Assembly: GCF_016127575.1 (NCBI RefSeq)
Contig: NZ_CP066019.1
Span: 390,001-422,000, forward strand
DNA from: Cupriavidus necator
Lineage (GTDB): Bacteria > Pseudomonadota > Gammaproteobacteria > Burkholderiales > Burkholderiaceae
Reading direction: 5' to 3'
DNA length: 32,000 nt
Every line of letters starts with the position of its first letter. The first letter of the stretch is position 1. Under the pieces are notes generated by a model. That model was given only the letters and a program-made list of their open reading frames with translations, made no database searches and was not told the DNA's origin. The position numbers were made by a program, and so were the translations under genes. Below, one piece after another: positions 24,159-31,581 of the stretch.

Positions 24159-25409
24159 GTGAATTCCTCGACTTCGGCCGGCCCGCTGACCGGAGACGTG
24201 CGCAGCGATGCGCCCGTCACGGCATTGGAGATCGGCATGTTTCTTGTGCTGCTTGCCTCCTATGCGCTCAACGCGATGGACCGGCAGATCTTTCCGCTGA
24301 TCGCCGCAGATGTGCGAAGGGAGTTTGGGTTCGGCCTCGCCGACACCGGCCTGCTTTCGACCATCTTTACGCTCGGCATGGCACTAGCGGGGGTGCCGAC
24401 AGGCTACCTGCTGGCGCGGTGGTCGCGCAAGGCCGTGCTCCAGATTGGCATCGCGATCTTCTCGCTTGGCACGCTGTTGACTGCCTACTCGAGCGGCTTT
24501 GCCGACATGATCCTCTACCGCGCCGCTACTGGCATCGGCGAAGCGATGCAGCTGACTGTGGTGATCGCCATCGCGGCGAGCTATTTCGCTCGCTTCCGCG
24601 CGACGGCCGTTGGGGCCATCAACTTCTCCTTCGGTGTCGGAGCCATCGTGGGACCGCTGCTCGGTGGGCACCTGATCGGCATTGAGCGAAACTGGCGCTT
24701 GCCGCTGGTGGTGTTCGGCCTGACCGGATTTGTCGCAATGGCGCTGATCGCGGCTACCGTGAGCAAGCGCATGACCGAAAAGGCCAGCGCGATCGCCACG
24801 CACATCGACACGCGCGGTGCAACCACGATGTGGAACCGCAACACGGCTCTCTTGACTGTGATGAGCATCATTGGCGGGTTGTGCATCTATGGCTACCTCG
24901 GCATGTACCCCACGTTCCTGCGCGAGCATCTGCACTACACGCCGTCGGACACTGGTCGCGTCATGAGTATCTTCGGGTGCGGCGTGTTCGCCTCCATCTT
25001 TGGCGGCTGGCTTGGCGACCGCTTCCACCCCAAGCTTGTGTTGTCGCTGAGCTTTGCGGGGACCGGGCTGCTCGGCTTCCTTCTGTTCTCGGGGCCGACG
25101 GGCATGTTGGTCCAATCGGTGCTGTCATTCGTGTGGGGGCTGGTGGTAAGTGGCGTGCTGTACGTGAACCTGGCCGGCTACCATATCAAGTCCGTGCGCT
25201 CTTCGCTCACGAATCGGGCCACCGGTGTCTTTGTCACGACGCTCTACGGCGCGGGCGCTTTCGCGGGCTACATCATCGGCGGCATCGCGGCGCGCTTTGG
25301 CTGGAGCACCGCCGGCTTTGCGCAGATCACCTTGCTATCGGTCTTCGGAATAGTACTCACCGTGCTACTGCGGACCGACCGGATGTCCTTGCCTGTGCGT
25401 AAGCCATGA
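24159..25409 (+). CDS. MFS transporter
   Basis: In-frame GTG 24159 lies 6 nt after GAAGGAGA (24145-24152). It has multiple hydrophobic spans plus LNAMDRQIFPL... and RAATGIGEA motifs. The track start is TTG 24138. Confidence 0.85.
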   Translation: MNSSTSAGPLTGDVRSDAPVTALEIGMFLVLLASYALNAMDRQIFPLIAADVRREFGFGLADTGLLSTIFTLGMALAGVPTGYLLARWSRKAVLQIGIAIFSLGTLLTAYSSGFADMILYRAATGIGEAMQLTVVIAIAASYFARFRATAVGAINFSFGVGAIVGPLLGGHLIGIERNWRLPLVVFGLTGFVAMALIAATVSKRMTEKASAIATHIDTRGATTMWNRNTALLTVMSIIGGLCIYGYLGMYPTFLREHLHYTPSDTGRVMSIFGCGVFASIFGGWLGDRFHPKLVLSLSFAGTGLLGFLLFSGPTGMLVQSVLSFVWGLVVSGVLYVNLAGYHIKSVRSSLTNRATGVFVTTLYGAGAFAGYIIGGIAARFGWSTAGFAQITLLSVFGIVLTVLLRTDRMSLPVRKP

Positions 25410-26161
25410 CGCCGGCCGAATGGGTGCTGCTCGGTGGCGCTGCGACTTTCGCCGGGACGCTGAATGCGGTGGCAGGCGGCGGTAGTTTCCTGACACTGCC
25501 GGCCTTGGCGATGGTCGGCGTGCCGCCGGTATCTGCCAACGCCACCGGGACCGCCGCGCTCCTGCCTGGCTATATGGCGGGTGCCTGGGCACAGCGCAAG
25601 GATCTGTCGGGGCCGATGGCACCCTCGCTTCTTCGGCTAAGCGTGCTGTCGGTGCTGGGTGGTGCGGCAGGCGCCACGTTGCTGCTGTCGACCTCGAACA
25701 GCGACTTCGGGCGCATTGTGCCATGGTTGCTGTTGGCCGCGACCCTTCTCTTTGCCTGTGGGCCAAGGCTTCTGCGCAAAGGAGCCGTCGCATCGCAGTC
25801 CCCCAGTGAATGGATCACGGACATCTGCATCGCTGCGGTCGCGATCTACGGTGGCTATTTCAACGACGGTCTCGGCATCTTGCTGCTGGCGGTTCTCGCT
25901 GCGCTCGGGCACACCGACATGAGCCGGATGAACGGCATCAAGAACTTCGTCTCCGTGATCCTGACGCTGATAGCTGTCGTCATTTATGCGGCCAGCGGCG
26001 CCATCGCCTGGACGCATGCACTATGGATGGCGATCGGCGCCACAGCCGGCGGGTATTTCGGCGGCGTCACGGCTCGGCGACTTAAACCGGCCCTGGTGCG
26101 TGGCTTCGTCGTCCTGACAGGGCTGGCAATGACCGCAGCATTCTTTCTCGAGACGAGTTGA
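25406..26161 (+). CDS. TauE/SafE (DUF81) family sulfite/organosulfonate-exporter-like membrane protein
   Basis: Track ORF of 251 aa containing GTLNAVAGGGSFLTLPALAMVGVPPVSANATG. Its ATG overlaps the MFS stop as ATGA (25406-25409), which implies co-translation. Confidence 0.85.
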   Translation: MTPAEWVLLGGAATFAGTLNAVAGGGSFLTLPALAMVGVPPVSANATGTAALLPGYMAGAWAQRKDLSGPMAPSLLRLSVLSVLGGAAGATLLLSTSNSDFGRIVPWLLLAATLLFACGPRLLRKGAVASQSPSEWITDICIAAVAIYGGYFNDGLGILLLAVLAALGHTDMSRMNGIKNFVSVILTLIAVVIYAASGAIAWTHALWMAIGATAGGYFGGVTARRLKPALVRGFVVLTGLAMTAAFFLETS

Positions 26162-26204
26162 CCACAACCGTCTTCCTGCAATCCAAATCGCATCGGAAAG
26201 GAAC

Positions 26205-27668
26205 ATGAGAACAACCAGAAGAGAATTCGCCAAGGTCGCCGGCGCAATGATGGTCGCGGCAACCGGGATCCCCTCGCTTGTCGCTTCGGCATCGGCTTCG
26301 GCGGGAGGCGGCATGCCATCCGCGGCGTCCGGAGCCCGTCGAGGCACCTACCTGATCAAGAACGGCATGGTCATCACGGTCGACCGGAAGAATGGCGTCA
26401 TGCCACGCGCCGACATCTTGATTCGAAACGGCGTGATCGAGAAGATCGGTCGGGGTCTGAGCACGGCCGGCGCGCAGACGATCGATGCCGCGGACATGAT
26501 CGTCATGCCCGGCTTCGTCAACTCTCACTACCATATGTGGAGCGCGATCGGACGCAGCTTCACCGCGCGGAACGGCGGCTTCTCCTACTACCCGGCCAAG
26601 AGCGCCACATCCGCCTTGTACACGCCGGAGGACTTCTACAACAGCGTGCTCCTTGCGTGCGCCGAACTAGCGAACGGCGGGACCACTACCGTGCACAACT
26701 GGTCGCATAACACCCGCTCCGCGGCCCATGCGGATGCCGAACTTCGCGCGCACCAGCACTCTCTGCTGAGGGCCCGTTACTCGTACGGCCACATTGACAA
26801 GCTCCCGGTAGACGAGGTGAACAGGTTCGGCGACCTTGCGCGCGTCCAGCGCAAATGGTTCGGTGCAAACTCCCCATTCGAAGGTTTGGTGCACCTGGGA
26901 CTGAATCTGCGTGGTCCGCAACAGAGCACCGATGCTGTCTTTCACGAGGAAATGAAGTTCGTCAAGAAGAGTGGGCTTCCCGTAGCGATCCACGCGCCGC
27001 AGGAGTCGCCCAACAATGTCGATGCTGTCGACTACGAGAGGCGCGGTTACCTCGGCCCCGATTTTATGATCGCGCATTACGTCCCGGCGACGACCGAGGA
27101 CTTGATGGCGATGGCGCGCACGAAGACACCGCTCTCCTTTGCGACACATTCCGAACTCCGGCTCAGCAGCACGGGCGATGCCCGGGCTGCGCTGTTCGCG
27201 ATGCGTGCCGCGGGGCTGACTATCTCATTGTCGAGCGACGCGACGTCCATTGCCCCACCGGACATGTTCGAAATGATGCGTTTCACCTGGAACCTCGGGG
27301 TGCCCTGGGTTGGCACCCCCAGCGAGCGGGCAAGGGCGGTCAGCGTGCAAGAGGTGATCGAGATGGCGACGATCAATGGAGCCATCGCGATGGGGATCGG
27401 CGACATCACTGGATCGATCACTGAAGGCAAGCGCGCAGACATCATTCTGGTGCGGGCCAAGGATCTGAACATCTGGCCAATAGGCAATATCGAAACGGCG
27501 ATTGTGCAGAGCGGCAGCGCCAGCAACGTCGACACGGTGTTAGTCGATGGCCGAATAATAAAGAGAAGCGGTCGCTTGCTAGCCTACAACGTGGACAGCA
27601 TTGTTCGCGGTGCTCAGCAGTCCTCCAATCGGATTCTCAATGCGGCTGATGAGATGATGAAGTTATGA
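26205..27668 (+). CDS. metal-dependent amidohydrolase-superfamily protein with twin-arginine (Tat) signal peptide
   Basis: The N-terminus MRTTRREFAKVAGAMMVAATGIPSLVASASASA matches the S/T-R-R-x-F-x-K Tat consensus. The sequence includes ADILIRNGVIEKIG, ...IVMPGFVNSHYHMW (HxH metal site) and ...GKRADIILV. Confidence 0.85.
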   Translation: MRTTRREFAKVAGAMMVAATGIPSLVASASASAGGGMPSAASGARRGTYLIKNGMVITVDRKNGVMPRADILIRNGVIEKIGRGLSTAGAQTIDAADMIVMPGFVNSHYHMWSAIGRSFTARNGGFSYYPAKSATSALYTPEDFYNSVLLACAELANGGTTTVHNWSHNTRSAAHADAELRAHQHSLLRARYSYGHIDKLPVDEVNRFGDLARVQRKWFGANSPFEGLVHLGLNLRGPQQSTDAVFHEEMKFVKKSGLPVAIHAPQESPNNVDAVDYERRGYLGPDFMIAHYVPATTEDLMAMARTKTPLSFATHSELRLSSTGDARAALFAMRAAGLTISLSSDATSIAPPDMFEMMRFTWNLGVPWVGTPSERARAVSVQEVIEMATINGAIAMGIGDITGSITEGKRADIILVRAKDLNIWPIGNIETAIVQSGSASNVDTVLVDGRIIKRSGRLLAYNVDSIVRGAQQSSNRILNAADEMMKL

Positions 27669-27810
27669 GTAGTCTAAAGAGTGAGTGGGACGAACGCCGC
27701 CTTCTGTTCGAGATGAAATGCACACCGAACTCCCTCCGTGGACCAGGCAGCGGGAGTTATTTGTCCGCCCAAGGGGCGACCACTCGATTTAGTCGAGACG
27801 AACGCGAGCA

Positions 27811-27834
27811 CGTTCTTCGCATATGCGTTCTTCG
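27811..27834. repeat. direct repeat CGTTCTTCG x2 flanking the palindrome CGCATATGCG, followed by TTTT (possible terminator or regulatory element after the amidohydrolase gene)
   Basis: The repeat copies are at 27811-27819 and 27826-27834. The palindrome is at 27818-27827. TTTT follows at 27835-27838. Confidence 0.3.
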
Positions 27835-27903
27835 TTTTGTACGGTCCGGCAAGGCAACGCCGCGTTGTCCGGACCTTCATCCTTTACTTCCCAGGCCCTG
27901 CCC

Positions 27904-28458
27904 ATGCGCACAGCACGCTTGCTATCATGTAGTTCTATCGCGGCCCTTGCCACCCTCGTTGTGCCGGCGCTCTGCATCGCCAATGCCAACGCCGCCGAGC
28001 AGATCGTCAGGCATCGCAACCCGGCGCACATGACCGAACCGTGGGCGCGTGAGTTCGCGGAGGTGATCGAGATTCCCGCCAATGCGCAGCTGCTTGTGCT
28101 CAGCGGCGTGGGGCCCACGGTGGCGAATGCCTCGGCGCCGCCCGATACCGCGGCCTCCTATGGCGACACCGCAACCCAGACTCGCAGCGTGCTTGGCCAG
28201 ATCGAGCGCATCCTCCAGGATCGCGGCTATCGCATGGGCGACATCGTCTCCATGCAGGCGTTGATTGTGGCAGACCCGGCCACGGGCGAGCCAGACTTCA
28301 CCGGCTTCTCGAGCGCCTATAAGCAATACTTCGGAACAGACAAGCAGCCCAACGTGCCGGTGCGCACGCGAGCCGAAGTCTTGCGGCTGGTGCCGCCGGG
28401 ATGGCTAGTCGAAGTCACCGTCATGGCGAGCCGTGTGCCGTCGCGGCGGCCACAGTAG
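27904..28458 (+). CDS. RidA/YjgF/L-PSP-family protein with N-terminal Sec-type signal peptide
   Basis: From ATG 27904 the signal-like N-terminus is MRTARLLSCSSIAALATLVVPALCIANANA/AEQ. The RidA-type body follows: LLVLSGVGP...DTATQTRSVLGQIERILQDRGYRMGDIVSMQALI...RTRAEVLRLVPPGWLVEVTVMA. No clear SD is present. Confidence 0.78.
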   Translation: MRTARLLSCSSIAALATLVVPALCIANANAAEQIVRHRNPAHMTEPWAREFAEVIEIPANAQLLVLSGVGPTVANASAPPDTAASYGDTATQTRSVLGQIERILQDRGYRMGDIVSMQALIVADPATGEPDFTGFSSAYKQYFGTDKQPNVPVRTRAEVLRLVPPGWLVEVTVMASRVPSRRPQ

Positions 28459-28712
28459 AAGACATAGGCTAACTAGCGGTGTGCCGCAACCGGGAGGGCG
28501 GAGCTCGCGTGGCCGGGCGCAGGTAGTGGGACAGCGCACCTAACTCTCGCTGGAACATGACTGAGTGCGCCGAGCCGCCGCCTGCGAGGCGGGTTGCCCA
28601 GGGATCGGCTTGGCGGCCCGACGAGCTGTCGCGTGTCGTGGCCCTCATGTGTTGCAGTGGTGCTCCCCGGTATTTGCTCTCGATTATGATCTGATTTATA
28701 CAATAAGGCCAA

Positions 28713-29096
28713 ATGAAAGTAAGAGCATTATGTATCGCTTCGCTAGGAGTTGTGGTGCTAACTCAAACATCACTATCCTGTGCGCAAAATTTTAATGGGA
28801 AAAATCTCTTTACGCAGAGATGTGCCATATGCCATGGAGCAGACCTCAAAGGGACAGGGCCATTGGCCAAGAAAAGCATTCCTCCCACACCTGATCTGAC
28901 AACCGCCGCTTTCAAAAGACGACTCAATGATTATCCTGGTGTTATTGTTTCATCGGTGATACTTCGTCCAAATGGAGACTTGATTCCAAGAACTTTGCAA
29001 GAGAATGGTGTGAGGCTGGCGCCGCACTCTTGGACTGTTCAAGATTTTCGAGATTTAAATAAATACATGAGTGGTGTGATTTCAAATAGCCGGTGA
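28713..29096 (+). CDS. small secreted c-type cytochrome (single CxxCH), AT-rich
   Basis: Track ORF of 127 aa. The signal peptide is MKVRALCIASLGVVVLTQTSLSCA. The heme motif is CAICHG. Hand-counted GC is 26/60 (28741-28800) and 24/60 (28921-28980), against 43/60 in the core region. Confidence 0.72.
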   Translation: MKVRALCIASLGVVVLTQTSLSCAQNFNGKNLFTQRCAICHGADLKGTGPLAKKSIPPTPDLTTAAFKRRLNDYPGVIVSSVILRPNGDLIPRTLQENGVRLAPHSWTVQDFRDLNKYMSGVISNSR

Positions 29097-29254
29097 TCTT
29101 GAGGCAAGAAGACGATACGGAAGTTCGGTGATCGCGGCCACTTTTCCTTGTGTCCGGCCGTTAGCCAGACGACATTAGTCTGGCGTGAAGGGCGGCCAGA
29201 TTCTAAGTGACTGCTCTGGATTTGAACCGTTGTCTGCGCCGGTTCGTAGGCAGT

Positions 29255-29335
29255 TCAACTATGGGGCTTGCGCATCCGCATGTCCTCGATCATGCGCTGG
29301 CGCGGCGGGCTGATGGTAGGCGTCGGGATTGACAT
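29255..29335 (-). pseudogene. 26-codon stub of a tyrosine recombinase/integrase gene (N-terminus only)
   Basis: The reverse complement reads AGGAG-N7-ATG, then MSIPTPTISPPRQRMIEDMRMRKPHS*. The RQRMIEDM(R/Q)(M/L)R string is the usual N-terminus of the phage-integrase N-terminal SAM-like domain integrases common in Burkholderiales (recollection). Homology ends after about 23 codons. Confidence 0.5.
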
Positions 29336-29350
29336 GGCTGTGCTCCTGTC

Positions 29351-29379
29351 GAGGATCGAGGCAAATTGCCTCGATCCTC
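29351..29379. repeat. perfect 29-bp palindrome (14-bp arms, 1-nt centre)
   Basis: GAGGATCGAGGCAA-A-TTGCCTCGATCCTC, checked base by base. It lies 16 nt upstream of the integrase stub start. Confidence 0.9.
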
Positions 29380-29921
29380 AACATAGGGAACAGCACAGGC
29401 GGTTCAGTCACTTTGTGCAATGGCCGGAGGGCTACCGCGCGAGCGGTTTAGTCCACTGGCCGGACCCGGACGACCGCGCAGGTTGGTGGATGACTGTGAT
29501 CGTAGACCGTGCCTCCTGCCCTACCTTCGACACGACGTTGCTGTCTCAGGACAGGTTCACTGCTTCACGGGCCAACTTCAACGAAGAGACCAGGCGGTGC
29601 ACAGAACGCACGCCCGTGCCGACTTTTGAAAACATGCTGGCGGTACGACCTTATGCCACGCCTTAACATGGCCAGTCTTGCAGTGCTCAGCCATCTCACT
29701 TGCGTCGATCCCTTTCCATCACCGGGTCCTGGGCAGCATGCAGCGGGAATCGGCCTGGCCCGTCGACGCCGCACCCCGGCGAGGAGCCGGCGCGTCGTGT
29801 CGCGCTGGCGTGGCTGACCTCGGCCGATCCGGCAAATGCGGTGCGCCTCGCATCTGATGAAGAGCGCGGCGCGCTGCTATCTGCCTTTAGTACAGACTCA
29901 AGTAGCCCGGCGGGGTTACCA

Positions 29922-30750
29922 TCAGCCGTTTCCCTCGTCCCCCCCGAAGCCGTCGATCAGCGCATCCCATCTTGGCGGCGCGGTAAATACCTCATCCAGC
30001 AAGTCGAGGAATGCCCGCACGTTGGGGCTTGCGCGCCGGCTCTCGGGCCATAGCGCGGTAATGTTCGCGCGAGGGACCGCTAACCGCGGCATGACCGGGA
30101 CCAGCTCCCCTCGCATCACATGCGTCGCCGCCAGATAGGTCGGCATGATGCCGATCCCGCCGCCGGCGATGACGATCGACGCCACCACGTCGCTTACATC
30201 CGCGACGATGCCCGCATCCGGAGCAATCTCGACCAGCTCCCCATCCACGGAAGACGGCCAGCGCAACGCCTGGCCCGAACTCTGGAAGCGGAATTTCACG
30301 CAGTCATGCCGATCCAGCTCCTCCGGGCGCGTGGGCGTGCCTTTCCGAGCCAGGTACGCGGGCGCGGCAAACGCGCAGATCCGGTGCGGCGCCAGATGGC
30401 GCGAGATCAGGCGGGAATTCGGGAGATCGCCCACGCGGATGGCGATATCGATGCCCTCGGCAACGAGGTCGGCCATCTGGTCGCGGATGCGCAGGTCGAC
30501 CGCGAGGGCGGGATGCCGCGCGCGAAATAGCACCAGCGCCGGTGCCAGCACATGCACGCCGATCGGATACGGCGCCGCCACGCGGATTATCCCGGAAGGA
30601 CCGTTTCTAGTGGAAATCGCGGCCTGCTGTATTTCCTCCGCTTCGTGCAACAGGCGCATCGCGCGCTCGCGCAACCCCTCGCCCTCGTGGGTCAGGCGCA
30701 ACGACCTCGTTGTGCGGATGAACAGCGGGATCCCGAGCTGCTTCAACACG
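29922..30750 (-). pseudogene. LysR-family regulator lacking its N-terminal HTH (5'-truncated)
   Basis: Recognisable homology begins at ...LKQLGIPLFIRTTRSLRLTHEGEGL, the end of the HTH region, and runs through a full substrate-binding domain to the stop at 29922. The first roughly 35-40 residues expected for a LysR are missing. The residues upstream in the track ORF (MRPNSGVSVVPGES) are antisense to the SDR fragment. Confidence 0.7.
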
Positions 30751-30957
30751 CTTTCACCCGGCACCACCGACACCCCGCTGTTGGGCCGCACGCTCGGCGA
30801 CGCCAGCGGCGGCTATGTCACGGAGCTCAGCGCACGGCTGCCGCTGAAGAAGATCGTTCCTATGCAACAGGCTGCCGCCGCCGTCATGTTCCTGATCCAG
30901 AACGACTTCATGAACGGCGAGACGCTGCACATCGACGGCGGCCAGCGCCTGGTTTGA
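30745..30957 (+). pseudogene. C-terminal ~70 codons of an SDR-family oxidoreductase (5'-truncated)
   Basis: The frame reads NTLSPGTTDTPLLGRTLGDASGGYVTELSARLPLKKIVPMQQAAAAVMFLIQNDFMNGETLHIDGGQRLV*, a typical SDR C-terminus. There is no Rossmann N-terminus. The upstream part of track ORF 30145-30957 is antisense to the LysR remnant. Confidence 0.65.
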
Positions 30958-31581
30958 GCCGGCCTTGCCGGCAGCCAACGGCCAGGTTCCGTTTGGCCGG
31001 GGACGACATTGACCTAGCCTCACGCCGGCCGGCGCTCTTCAACGATCTTCTTGTCGCTACTGGCTGACGTGCCGGGCCCGGACGTCGCGCAAACTCATGA
31101 CTTTCTTCCTGCTGGCTCCATGAGCACCGAACCAGGCTAATTGCGGCGCACGAAAGAGCCGCCATCTGCGGCTGATCCTCTACTTACCGCTTTAGGAGTC
31201 CTGAGTGCTTCGAACGTTGCACCGACGCGATACCACCAATAAGTAGGCTTCGATAACCTCGCGTTGTTTGCGAGCATTGTTTCGGACGTCGCCGCGATTG
31301 CCCACCCATTCTTGAAGCCCTCGTCAACATTGTCGACAGCTTTTCTATTGTCGGACGGCGGCTGATAGTGCCTAGCACGAAGCGATCGGAGACCGCTCCA
31401 TCGACAGCAAGGAGTCGGGCCATGCCGGGGGTAACATTCAGGTACGTGTGCGACGTACTCCGGCGCGGGTGGTACACCGGGTTCTGCCTGGTTACAGGTT
31501 TGAGAGCGTGCTGCTTTGACGTGAATCAATCACAGGCGGAAGAGCTTACGTAAGCTTGAATCGTTGCTATAGGAGGCCGGG

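Noticed and set aside
27665-28033. 122-aa ORF starting at the ATGA overlap with the amidohydrolase stop
   Set aside because: Its second half overlaps the RidA-like gene out of frame. Its first half has no motif and mixed third-position composition. I treat 27669-27903 as intergenic.
29218-29228. GGATTTGAACC (complement GGTTCAAATCC), which resembles a tRNA T-loop and could have marked a tRNA-derived att site next to the integrase stub
   Set aside because: The flanking bases cannot form a T-stem: aacGG/CCaga pairs only 2 of 5. No acceptor or anticodon arms can be drawn, so there is no tRNA or tRNA 3' fragment here.
31137-31529. 130-aa minus-strand ORF (contains ...DNVDEGFKNGWAIAATSETMLANNARLSKPTYWWY...)
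   Set aside because: It has no recognisable family, no SD at any candidate start, and lies in what should be the UspA promoter region. It might be a gene fragment, but I cannot support a call.
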